Part shown: piece after piece, positions 22,186-34,102 of the stretch
Numbering within the stretch: the first letter of the stretch is position 1
Layout of the letters: each line of letters begins with the position of its first letter
Source of the DNA: Christensenellales bacterium
GTDB lineage: Bacteria > Bacillota > Clostridia > Christensenellales > JBMNTQ01
Direction of reading: 5' to 3'
DNA length: 64,000 bases
Assembly (NCBI GenBank): GCA_050945835.1
Contig: JBMNTR010000008.1
Location: 25,276 to 89,275 of the forward strand
Made by a program: the position numbers and the translations under genes
The notes under the pieces: generated by a model
The model's input: only the letters and a program-made list of their open reading frames with translations
Databases searched by the model: none
Told to the model about the DNA's origin: nothing

Positions 22186-23622
22186 CTATAGGTCGTAGTA
22201 CTTCTCAAATTCCACCGGATGAGGCAATTGATTATACATAGCGACATCCTGCCGTCTTTTTTCAATCCAAACTTCGATCAGCTTCTCGGGGAATACGCCG
22301 CCTGCCGTTAAAAATGCATGATCCGCTTCCAGCGCTTCCAGCGCTTCGTCCAGCGAACGAGGCAATTGACTGATCTTCTTTCGCTCCTCCGCACTGAGCC
22401 GGTACAGATTGCAATCATAAGGCCCGTACCCTTCTTTGCATGGATCGATTTTTCTCTTTATTCCGTCCAGCCCAGCCATCAGTATTGCCGCAAAAGCATA
22501 GTATGGATTGCAGGTGCCATCGGGGCTGCGCAGCTCAAAACGTTTGTCGTCAGGACTCTTGGCATATGCTGGAATACGAACCACGCTGCTGCGGTTAGAG
22601 GTCGCGTAGCCGATGGTAACCGGTGCTTCATAACCCGGGATAAGGCGTTTGTAAGAGTTTGTGCTGGGGTTGGTAAACGCACACAATGCCCTGGCATGGG
22701 TTAAAAGCCCGCCTATAAAATGGTGCGCCGTATCGCTCAACTGCGAATAGCCGTTTTCATCGTAGAAGAGCGGTTTATTCTCTTTAAACAAATGCATATG
22801 CACATGCATACCGCTGCCCGCTTCGCCATAGACGGGCTTGGGCAAAAATGTGGCGGTTTTATTTTCTCTGATGGCGGAGTTTTTGATCAGATATTTGATC
22901 ATCATGGTCTTGTCTGCCATTTCCAGCATCGGCCCTCTTTCAATCTCGATTTCCAATTGCCCGGGGCCGCCCACCTCATGATGATGATATTTAACGAGAA
23001 TTCCCTGCTGCTCCATCAGCATGGTGAGCCGTGAACGAAAACCGCTGAGCTTATCCAGCGGCGGTGCCATGTGATACCCACCGTTGAAGGGCATTTTATA
23101 GCCTAGGTTCGCTCCGCCGTTACCGCCGTTCCACGCCGCCTGGTCGGCATCGATGCTGTATTTCGAACCATTCGGCTGCACCGTATAGCTTACATGATCG
23201 AACACATAGAATTCATATTCCGGACCGATGCGCATCTCATCGGCAATGCCTGTCTGTTTCATATATTCTTGGGCGCGCAGCGCAACATTTCTGGGATCCT
23301 GATCGAATCTGCGGTTGGCAGGCAGATCGATCACAAATACATTCCCAATCATCGCTAAGGTGGGCACCTCGGCAAAAACATCCACATAGGCACTTTTTAA
23401 GTCGGGCACAAACGCCATGTCGCTCTTCTCGATGGGGGCAAAGCCGTAGTTTGAGCCGTCAAACCCTATGCCGTTTTCCAGAATATCTTCCGTGAGCCTG
23501 CCCACCGGCATGGTGAGATGCCTCCAGCGGCCATCCAGATCGATCATCATAAAATCGATCATTTTGATGTCATGTTCCTCGCAAAATCGTGTTGCTTCTT
23601 CTAAACTGTTAAACATATTCAC
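22186..23622 (-). CDS. glnA: glutamine synthetase (type I-like)
   Basis: GPEYEFYVF, HHHEVGGPGQLEI, FLPKPVYGEAGSGMHVHMHL and NSYKRLIPGYEAP motifs. Confidence 0.9.
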   Translation of the reverse strand: MNMFNSLEEATRFCEEHDIKMIDFMMIDLDGRWRHLTMPVGRLTEDILENGIGFDGSNYGFAPIEKSDMAFVPDLKSAYVDVFAEVPTLAMIGNVFVIDLPANRRFDQDPRNVALRAQEYMKQTGIADEMRIGPEYEFYVFDHVSYTVQPNGSKYSIDADQAAWNGGNGGANLGYKMPFNGGYHMAPPLDKLSGFRSRLTMLMEQQGILVKYHHHEVGGPGQLEIEIERGPMLEMADKTMMIKYLIKNSAIRENKTATFLPKPVYGEAGSGMHVHMHLFKENKPLFYDENGYSQLSDTAHHFIGGLLTHARALCAFTNPSTNSYKRLIPGYEAPVTIGYATSNRSSVVRIPAYAKSPDDKRFELRSPDGTCNPYYAFAAILMAGLDGIKRKIDPCKEGYGPYDCNLYRLSAEERKKISQLPRSLDEALEALEADHAFLTAGGVFPEKLIEVWIEKRRQDVAMYNQLPHPVEFEKYYDL

Positions 23623-23701
23623 AAAGCCTGTCCTTACTTCTTTTATATCGATGGTGTTCTGTTTGAATCATTTTACCGGCAAAAGAGCCGGGTGTGATGG
23701 C

Positions 23702-24040
23702 TTACATGCTGATCACTTGATATCCGTCGGCTATGTAGCTCTTCATGCCTGCATGGCCCGACATGTCATCCAGCATAGGTAATCCTGTCGCTTTGTTTTG
23801 GTCATAGACCTCTAAAACCTTTGAACAGGCAAGGCAAATCCCCGCTATAAGTCCTGCATCCTTCGCTTTTTTGTATAGCGGATTTCCTTCTTCCTCAAAC
23901 ATCGCTGCGAGCTTCACAGACGCGCCCTCAAAAATTATTTTGACCTCTTCTTTGCTCGCAAACAAATCCAGTGCGTTCAACAGGATATGCTGAAAACACA
24001 TCTTTTCCCCCGTCATACCATAAAACAAAATCTTCTTCAT
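23702..24040 (-). CDS. DsrE/DsrF-like family protein
   Basis: A 112-aa product whose pattern resembles the small DsrE-like proteins of Clostridia (MKKILFYGMTGEKMCFQHILLNALD...ICLACSKVLEV). Assigned by eye. Confidence 0.4.
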   Translation of the reverse strand: MKKILFYGMTGEKMCFQHILLNALDLFASKEEVKIIFEGASVKLAAMFEEEGNPLYKKAKDAGLIAGICLACSKVLEVYDQNKATGLPMLDDMSGHAGMKSYIADGYQVISM

Positions 24041-24316
24041 GTTTTCACCCCTTCTCCTCTCTTCAATAATAGCATATTGAATCCTGAAATGCTTTCAAAT
24101 GCGCCGCCCGCGGCATATTTGCCATCCATTCAAATTGCATTTGATGCGGGCTCCATTCCCCGATTTCAACCGTTTCGTTTTTAGCGTAAAGCCGCTTTAC
24201 GATATTGGATATCAAAAGCGGCTTTACAACATACTCGCAAACAATAGGCGTACACTCACCGCACTAAACGGACAAGGTTTATTCTGCCGCAGCGTCGCTG
24301 CGGATTACGCATTTTT

Positions 24317-25756
24317 TCATTGTTTGATCGATGCCATGATTATAAAGTTCAGTATAAACAGCGCTGTAGACACCCACAGAATCGGATGCACTTCTTTTGC
24401 TTTTCCGCGGATAACCTTGGTCAGGCAATAGAAGATGAAGCCTGCGGCGATGCCATACACGATGCTGTAGGTGAACCCCATGAATATGCTGGCAAAGAAT
24501 GCAGGTACCGCTTCTTCGAAGTCTCCCCATTTGATGTTCGCAAAAGAGGACAGCATCATCACGCCGACCACGATCAGCGCCGGCGCCGTAGCCTGAGCAG
24601 GCACAACCCCGATGATAGGCGCCAGGAATATGCTCAGCAGGAACATCACGCTTACGACCAGCGCTGTCAGCCCTGTGCGCCCGCCGGCACCGATGCCTGC
24701 CGCACTTTCTACATATGTGGTGGTGTTGGATGTGCCAAACACCGCGCCGATGGATGTGCCCACCGAATCCGCAAACAAAGCCCTGTCCATCTTGGATTTG
24801 AACCCGCTGGAATTACCCAAGGAGTTCATGTCTTCCTGGTCGAAAATGCCTGTACGCCGCCCGGTGCCAATGAATGTGCCCAGGGTGTCGAAAGTATCCG
24901 ACAAGCTAAACGAGAAGATGGTCATCAGTATGAGCGGTATTTTAACAGGATCGCTAAACAGCGACATCAACCCTTTGCTGCCAAAAGCGGCTCCGAAGGT
25001 GGTACCCAATTCCGAGAAAGACTGTCCCACGTTGCTGGCGATGCCAATGTTGCTGACATCCGTAACGCCCATGAATATCCCGATGATGGCGGATGCGATG
25101 ATGCTGATAAAAACAGCGCCCGGCACTTTCAATACCACCAATACGACCATCAGCAACAGCGAAATCAGCGCGAAAATGATCGCCATCGAATTGAAATCAG
25201 CAAGAGCCGGTATGATTGAGCTATTCGTGACGATCGTGCCGCCATCTAGTGCCACATAAGTGCCCGGATCCGCTGTAAACGTAAGGAAGCCCGCGTTTTT
25301 AATGCCGATATAGGCGATGAAGATGCCAATACCTCCCCCGATGGCATTTTGCAAACTCTCGGGTATCGCCTTGATGATGAGCTTGCGGATTTTAGTAACC
25401 GTAATAAGAACATTGATAAGGCCGCAAATAAACACCATGGCCAACGCTTGCTGCCAGGTAAAGCCCAGCGCAAATACCACGGTGTATGTGAAGAAGGCGT
25501 TCAGCCCCATGCCGGGAGCCAAAGCGTAAGGCACATTGGCAAACAGCGCCATCACCAGCGTGCCGATTGCCGATGCGAATATGGTGGCAAGAAAAATTGC
25601 CCCCGCCGGGAAAGGGTTGTCCGGAGTGCCTGCCATTGAAAGCATAGACGGGTTTACAAACAGGATGTATGCCATGGCAAAGAAGGTGGTAAGGCCCGCA
25701 ACAACTTCTTTCGAGAATGTAGTTTTATGTTCCTTTAACTTAAAAAAACTTCCCAT
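24317..25756 (-). CDS. NCS2-family purine permease (AzgA/PbuG type, adenine/guanine/hypoxanthine)
   Basis: FKLKEHKTTFSKEVVAGLTTFFAMAYILFVNP is the characteristic N-terminus. About 12 TM segments. GGAGGA RBS 4 nt before ATG 25756. Confidence 0.85.
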   Translation of the reverse strand: MGSFFKLKEHKTTFSKEVVAGLTTFFAMAYILFVNPSMLSMAGTPDNPFPAGAIFLATIFASAIGTLVMALFANVPYALAPGMGLNAFFTYTVVFALGFTWQQALAMVFICGLINVLITVTKIRKLIIKAIPESLQNAIGGGIGIFIAYIGIKNAGFLTFTADPGTYVALDGGTIVTNSSIIPALADFNSMAIIFALISLLLMVVLVVLKVPGAVFISIIASAIIGIFMGVTDVSNIGIASNVGQSFSELGTTFGAAFGSKGLMSLFSDPVKIPLILMTIFSFSLSDTFDTLGTFIGTGRRTGIFDQEDMNSLGNSSGFKSKMDRALFADSVGTSIGAVFGTSNTTTYVESAAGIGAGGRTGLTALVVSVMFLLSIFLAPIIGVVPAQATAPALIVVGVMMLSSFANIKWGDFEEAVPAFFASIFMGFTYSIVYGIAAGFIFYCLTKVIRGKAKEVHPILWVSTALFILNFIIMASIKQ

Positions 25757-26038
25757 GAGATCCTCCATTATATTTTTTTGTAAAAAACGTAATCCTAGTG
25801 ATGTATAGAAATGAGCTTTTTTATAACCCCCCTTCTCATGTGATGAATCGCATCCATTCAATACGACTGTTCTTCGCCGCTCTTATAGCGCATCTTTACA
25901 CAATTGCCGCTTTGGTTCTATGGGCTATGGTGCTCTGAATCGCATCCGTGGCACTTGAACTGGGGCTTGTCCGGTCTTTTGAGAACGAACACAGCCGGTT
26001 TCTTAATAGATCATTCTGCTGTATGAAGCCGCCCGCCC

Positions 26039-26293
26039 TTAATTCAAATCAATGAGCTTTGCCTTTATTCCTTCAAGCTTGTTGAGATCCTCCACCAACT
26101 GTTCGATTTGTGCTTTCTCTCCGCATGGTTGCAGTACGATCAAGCCGTCGTTTGCGCAGTAAGCCTCGCTCGCCTCATGCAGGCCCAAGCGCGCCCTTAT
26201 ATTGCAGCCATTTCGCGTAAGCGCCTCTTGCAAGCTCAAAGCGTTTCCCACTCTGTTGTCCATTCTAATGCCGATCACATAATAGCAAGACAT
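26039..26293 (-). CDS. small ACT-fold-like protein (TM1266-like putative regulator)
   Basis: An 84-aa product. YVIGIRMDNRVGNALSLQEALTRNGCNIRARLGLHE resembles the roughly 80-aa TM1266 family (annotated as iron-only hydrogenase system regulator). Assigned by eye. It lies directly downstream of guaA. Confidence 0.35.
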   Translation of the reverse strand: MSCYYVIGIRMDNRVGNALSLQEALTRNGCNIRARLGLHEASEAYCANDGLIVLQPCGEKAQIEQLVEDLNKLEGIKAKLIDLN

Positions 26294-26359
26294 CGATTTT
26301 CCCCCTTTATGATATATTTAATTTGTATAGTCCATTCTATATCATGATCGATAAAAAAG

Positions 26360-27880
26360 CTATTCCCACTCAATTGTTCCGGGTGGTTTGCTCGTTAAAT
26401 CATACACCACACGGTTGACGCCCTTCACTTCGTTGATGATGCGGTTCATGACCAGCTTCAGCACGGCATACGGCAGCTCCGCCGCTTCCACCGTCATCGC
26501 GTCGGTGGAAATCACCGCGCGCAGCGCCACCACATAGTCATAAGTGCGCTCGTCTCCCATCACGCCCACGGTGCGCAATGGCGTGAAGACAGTAAAGTAT
26601 TGCCACACCTGTTTTTGCAAACCGGCATTTGCAATCTCTTCACGAAAGATCGCATCGCTTTCGCGTACGATGTCCAAGCGTTCCGGTGTAATCTCTCCCA
26701 GCACACGGATGGCCAGCCCCGGGCCCGGGAACGGCTGACGCCAGACGAGCTCCTCAGGAATCATCAGCGCCTCGCCCAATGCACGCACCTCATCCTTGAA
26801 AAGGAGGCGCAGCGGCTCGATCAAGCCTGTAAACGCCATATTGTCAGGCAGTCCTCCCACATTATGATGGCTCTTGATGGTAGCAGCACCGTCACCGCCG
26901 CTTTCAATCACATCCGGATAAATCGTACCCTGCACGAGAAAATCCATCTCGCCGAGCTTTGCAGCTTCTTCTTCAAACACGGCGATAAACTCCCGTCCGA
27001 TGATCTTTCTCTTCTCCTCCGGCGATGTGATCCCTTTTAACTTGTTTAAAAACCTTTCCGCCGCGTTTACATGCACAACATGAAGTCCCAGCTGTTCATA
27101 GGTTTTGAGCACCTGAGTGGCCTCATCCTTACGCAATAGACCATGATCGACAAACACGCAGGTCAGCCTGTCGCCTATCGCACGGTGCACCAACACGGCC
27201 GCCACCGTTGAATCCACACCGCCGGAAAGCGCACACAACACCTTCCCGCCGCCCGCCTGTTCTTTGATATTTTGCGTCCACTCATCGATCATGGTGTCGA
27301 TGCGCCAATCCTGTTCGCATCCGCAGATACGATAGAGGAAGTTCTGCAGCATCTGAACACCGCAAGGTGTGTGCACCACTTCCGGATGAAACTGCATGCC
27401 GTAAATCCGCCTGCTGTCGTCAGCGATGGCGGCGGCGGGGCAATGTGCGGTGTGCGCAAGGATATCAAATCCTTGCGGCTGTGCCATCACACCATCAGGA
27501 TGGTTCATCCAAACAACAGTTTCATCCGGTACGTCTTCAAACAAAGGGTGTTTTTTCAGCTTTATATCGACAGGCCCATACTCCGGTTTTTCCATGCTCC
27601 CGACTTGCCCACCCAACTGATGGGTGATCCATTGTGTTCCATAACAAATACCCAACACCGGCACACCCAACGTCAACACATCCGGGCTGCATTGCTTCGC
27701 AGTCTCGGCATAGACGCTTTTCGGGCCGCCCGTAAGAATAATCCCCTGCACACCTTGCGCCCATTTTTCAACAGGCGTGCTGCAAGGATAGATTTCACAA
27801 TAGATTCCAGCTTCGCGCACCCGGCGCACGATCAGCTGGCTGTACTGTCCTCCAAAGTCCAATACGATGACCTTGCTCAT
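26360..27880 (-). CDS. guaA: GMP synthase (glutamine-hydrolysing)
   Basis: GATase domain (GICYGTQ, FHPEV), ATP-PPase SGGVDS motif and C-terminal dimerisation domain ending PPGTIEWE. Confidence 0.95.
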   Translation of the reverse strand: MSKVIVLDFGGQYSQLIVRRVREAGIYCEIYPCSTPVEKWAQGVQGIILTGGPKSVYAETAKQCSPDVLTLGVPVLGICYGTQWITHQLGGQVGSMEKPEYGPVDIKLKKHPLFEDVPDETVVWMNHPDGVMAQPQGFDILAHTAHCPAAAIADDSRRIYGMQFHPEVVHTPCGVQMLQNFLYRICGCEQDWRIDTMIDEWTQNIKEQAGGGKVLCALSGGVDSTVAAVLVHRAIGDRLTCVFVDHGLLRKDEATQVLKTYEQLGLHVVHVNAAERFLNKLKGITSPEEKRKIIGREFIAVFEEEAAKLGEMDFLVQGTIYPDVIESGGDGAATIKSHHNVGGLPDNMAFTGLIEPLRLLFKDEVRALGEALMIPEELVWRQPFPGPGLAIRVLGEITPERLDIVRESDAIFREEIANAGLQKQVWQYFTVFTPLRTVGVMGDERTYDYVVALRAVISTDAMTVEAAELPYAVLKLVMNRIINEVKGVNRVVYDLTSKPPGTIEWE

Positions 27881-27948
27881 GATTGCTTTTTCCTCCGGCA
27901 TTCTTTGATGAAGCTTCCGATCATGGGGTTTTTGCGCTGAGTTTTTTG

Positions 27949-28650
27949 CTATCCCAGCATCCGCCGGGCCACTTCCTCATACGCCTCTTCCACATGCCCC
28001 AAATCGCGCCTGAAGCGATCTTTGTCCATCTTTTCATTCGTTTCGGCATCCCACAGTCTGCATGTATCCGGCGATATCTCGTCGGCCAATATGATTTCAC
28101 CTTCAAAACGCCCGTACTCCACCTTGAAATCGATCAGCTTCATACCGGCCTTTAAAAACTCGCGCTGCATAATCTCATTCACCTTCAGCGTAAGCCGGCG
28201 GATCGTTTCGATCTCCTCAGGTGTTGCCAGCTTCATAGCGATCGCGTGGCTGTCGTTGATCAACGGATCCCCAAGATCGTCATTCTTGTAGCTGAATTCC
28301 AGCACAGGCGCATCGAACACAACGCCCTCTTCAATCCCATAACGTTTGCTCATGCTGCCCGCCGCCACATTGCGGATGATGACCTCCAATGGGACTATTT
28401 TAACATGCTTCACCAGTGTTTCGCGGTCGCTCAATTCTTCTACATAATGCGTGGGTACACCCTCTTTTTCCATGATTCTAAAGAAATGATTGGAGAGCTT
28501 ATTATTGATCACACCCTTGCCCATGATCGTCCCTTTTTTCAGGCCGTTGAATGCAGTCGCGTCGTCTTTGTAGTCTACGATTACAAACTTCTCGTTTTCA
28601 GTTGCGTAAACCTTCTTGGCTTTACCTTCATAGAGCATTTCTTTTTTCAT
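27949..28650 (-). CDS. purC: phosphoribosylaminoimidazole-succinocarboxamide synthase
   Basis: [23 protein letters not shown] and [14 protein letters not shown] motifs. GGAGGG RBS before ATG 28650. Confidence 0.9.
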   Translation of the reverse strand: MKKEMLYEGKAKKVYATENEKFVIVDYKDDATAFNGLKKGTIMGKGVINNKLSNHFFRIMEKEGVPTHYVEELSDRETLVKHVKIVPLEVIIRNVAAGSMSKRYGIEEGVVFDAPVLEFSYKNDDLGDPLINDSHAIAMKLATPEEIETIRRLTLKVNEIMQREFLKAGMKLIDFKVEYGRFEGEIILADEISPDTCRLWDAETNEKMDKDRFRRDLGHVEEAYEEVARRMLG

Positions 28651-28664
28651 CTTTTCCCTCCATA

Positions 28665-28805
28665 ACAAAAAATGAGTGTTTTATCCTGCGTTTCTTCAGC
28701 CGCATGAGCACAGGGCAAAACACTTGCATAGTTGCAGTATTCACTTGAAGCATGCGCTGAACGCATCGACAAAAAAAGCATAGCAAAAATTCCGATATTT
28801 TTCAA
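28665..28805 (-). promoter_or_regulatory. purC promoter plus leader with intrinsic-terminator attenuator
   Basis: The minus strand reads TTGAAA-N17-TATGCT (28805-28777). A leader of about 110 nt follows and ends in the long hairpin AGUGUUUUGCCCUGUG...CGCAGGAUAAAACACU followed by CAUUUUUUG (28724-28665), just before the RBS. The upstream segment GCGUUCAGCGCAUG can pair alternatively with CAUGCGGCUGAAGAAACGC. Confidence 0.5.
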
Positions 28806-28888
28806 CCGTTTTGTATATGTTTTGCAATATTTCTCCTGTATATGTCGGCAAACAACCATGCATCCGCCTGAATTGCAGCGGGGCCGGA

Positions 28889-31562
<2,674 letters not shown>

Positions 31563-31579
<17 letters not shown>

Positions 31580-33101
31580 CCGGCTTTCCTTTTCTTCTCT
31601 GAGCAAACAGCTTCAGAGCGTTCACCAATATCTCTTTGCTTTCGTCTGTGAGTTCTCCGCTCTCGTCGATCGTGTCCAGCGTGTTGGAGCAGTATTGATC
31701 AAGGTCTTCCAGCATGGATTTTTCAAAGGATTTGATTTCGTTTAACGCAGTATCCTTGAATAATCCTTCCGAGAAGGCCAGCAATACGGCGGCCTGTTCG
31801 GACAGCTTCATCACATCCTCCTGCCGCTGCTTTAATAATTCTGTCAGCCGTTCGCCTCGCTGCAGCATCTGCGCCGTAGAGGCGTCGATATCTGCGCCAA
31901 ACTGAGCAAATACAGCCAATTCCCGGTATTGCGCAAGCTCAAGCCGAAGGCTGGAGGATACTTTTTGCATGGCCGGGCGCTGCGCCGCGCGCCCCACCCT
32001 GGACACGGACAGCCCCACGTTGACAGCTGGGTGTACCCCGGCGTGGAACAGTTCGCTTTCCAGATAGATCTGTCCGTCCGTGATGGAGATGATGTTGGTG
32101 GGAATATAGGCTGAAATATCCCCCGCCATCGTCTCCACGATGGGCAGCGCCGTCATCGATCCGCCGCCCAGCTCAGGGCTCAGCTTGGTGGCACGCTCCA
32201 ACAGACGGCTGTGCAGATAGAACACATCGCCCGGATACGCCTCGCGCCCCGGCGGCCGGCGCAGGAGCAGCGACATCGCCCTGTATGCCACGGCATGCTT
32301 GCTCAAGTCGTCGTATATGATGAGCACATCACGGCCCTCATGCATAAACGCCTCCGCGATGGCGCACCCGGAGTAGGGCGCAATGTACTGCATGGCGCCG
32401 GAATCGCTCGCGGCGCTGGTCACCACCACCGTATTCTTCATCGCGTCGTTCTTTTCCAGGTTATGCACAAGCTGCGATACGGTAGACGCCTTCTGCCCGA
32501 TCGCGCAGTAAATACAGATGACGCCTGTGTCGCGCTGCCTGAGCATAGCGCTCAACGCGATGGCTGTCTTGCCGGTCTGCCGATCCCCTATGATCAACTG
32601 CCGCTGGCCCCTGCCGATGGGGATCATGCTGTCGATGCATAAAAGTCCGGTTTCCAGTGGTTCGTTCACAGACGCGCGCTCCATCAGCTTGGGCGCGGCA
32701 CTTTCTACGGGGCGAGATCCGGATGCTTTGAGCGGCCTGCCGTCCAGCGGCCTGCCAATGGGGTCCACCACGCGGCCCAGCATCTCATCGCCCACGCTGA
32801 TCTCTACAACACGCCCGGTTCCCCGCACCACAGAGCCGGCCGAAACGCGGTTCATGCCGTTTAGCAGCACAGCACCCACGCCCTTCATACTCAAATCCAT
32901 GGCCATGCCGTAGGCGTCGTTTTCAAAAGCAAGCAGCTCTCCATAACGGCTATGCGTAAGCCCTTCCACCTGTACGATGCCATCGGCCGAGCTTTTGACC
33001 CGCCCATACTCGTAAAGCTCGGGCTCAAATTTCAATCGCGCAATCCGCTCCTTCAGAAACTCCCCGATCGGATTTTGCTCTGCATGCTGCACGTCGTTCA
33101 C
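31563..33101 (-). CDS. atpA: F0F1 ATP synthase subunit alpha
   Basis: GDRQTGKTA Walker A and PGREAYPGDVFYLHSRLLERA. Confidence 0.95.
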
Positions 33102-33114
33102 CTCCCCGCTTTGC

Positions 33115-33333
33115 TCACTCGTCTAAATCCCGCCGCACGGCCTTCAGGCGCGCACGGACGCTCATATCATACGCTTTCCCGTCTATATAGGCTAGAAATC
33201 CACCGATCAGCACAGCATCCTGTATGATCTTGAATTCCAGCTTTTTACCCAGTTTCTCCTCGAATCTGCGGCAGATTTTTTCGATATCCGTATCCTCATA
33301 CGATCCAGCAATTCTTAATTCAGCGTTGCGCAT
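33115..33333 (-). CDS. atpH: F0F1 ATP synthase subunit delta, C-terminal domain only (72 aa)
   Basis: It occupies the atpH slot between atpF and atpA. LEFKIIQDAVLIGGFLAYIDGKAYDMSVRARLKAVRRDL matches the delta/OSCP C-terminus. ATG 33333 lies only 7 nt after the atpF stop, leaving no room for the N-terminal domain. Confidence 0.7.
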   Translation of the reverse strand: MRNAELRIAGSYEDTDIEKICRRFEEKLGKKLEFKIIQDAVLIGGFLAYIDGKAYDMSVRARLKAVRRDLDE

Positions 33334-33340
33334 CGATGCT

Positions 33341-33817
33341 TCACCCAACCTCGTCGAAAAATTCTTCCACCAGCGCACGGTTATCCGAAAGCGCCACTTC
33401 ACGCCTTAGTATCTTCCCGGCTATGTCCACAGATAGCTCCGTGATCTGTTCTTTCATTTCCTTTATGGTATGCAGGCGATCCTGTTCGGCTCTGCTGTGC
33501 GCATCCCGTAATATGGCATCCGCCTGCATTTTTGCGCCTTTTATGATCTCGTCTGCATTTTGTGCAGCCTTTTGGGCGCTTTGGCGTATGGTTTCATCGG
33601 CATCCTGCTGTGCGGCGTTCAGCCTTTCCTGATACTGCCGCTTCGCTGTCTGTGCATCCTGCTGCGCTTTACCGGCCTCCTGCATCTGATTGTCTATGCG
33701 CGCCGAACGCTCCAGCATATATTTGCGCACAGGCTTATAGATGAGCAAGCGTAAAAGCACATAGAGCACGATTATATTGATGATATGGATCACGATATCC
33801 AGCGGTTGAATATCCAT
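33341..33817 (-). CDS. atpF: F0F1 ATP synthase subunit b
   Basis: Single N-terminal TM segment followed by a long charged helix (YKPVRKYMLERSARI...). Confidence 0.85.
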   Translation of the reverse strand: MDIQPLDIVIHIINIIVLYVLLRLLIYKPVRKYMLERSARIDNQMQEAGKAQQDAQTAKRQYQERLNAAQQDADETIRQSAQKAAQNADEIIKGAKMQADAILRDAHSRAEQDRLHTIKEMKEQITELSVDIAGKILRREVALSDNRALVEEFFDEVG

Positions 33818-33837
33818 TCTTCACAACTCCTTACCGC

Positions 33838-34065
33838 TTATGCAAGCGTAAACATCATGATCAGCGCTGAAACAAACCCATAGATAGCCGTTGATTCCGT
33901 GAGCGCGAGGCCCAGGATCAATATGGAGTTGATCTTGCCGGAAGCTTCAGGCTGCCTGGCGACCGCCTCCACCGCTTTGCCTGTGGCCAGCCCCATCGCC
34001 ACGCCCGCACCCACGCAGGACAACAGGCACAAAGCCACCCCGATTGCCAAAGTTCCGATTTCCAT
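33838..34065 (-). CDS. atpE: F0F1 ATP synthase subunit c
   Basis: A 75-aa helical hairpin with the ARQPE loop and the ion-binding Glu in LTESTAIY. Confidence 0.9.
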   Translation of the reverse strand: MEIGTLAIGVALCLLSCVGAGVAMGLATGKAVEAVARQPEASGKINSILILGLALTESTAIYGFVSALIMMFTLA

Positions 34066-34102
34066 TACATCTGCCTCCTGTTAAATATTATGCTGTCTGT
34101 CA

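Noticed and set aside
25757-26038. Guanine/adenine riboswitch upstream of the NCS2 purine permease
   Set aside because: One was expected from the context, but none of the conserved junction sequences (UAUAAU, AUAUGG, GUUUCUACC, CCGUAAA, ACUAUG in order) could be found on the coding strand.
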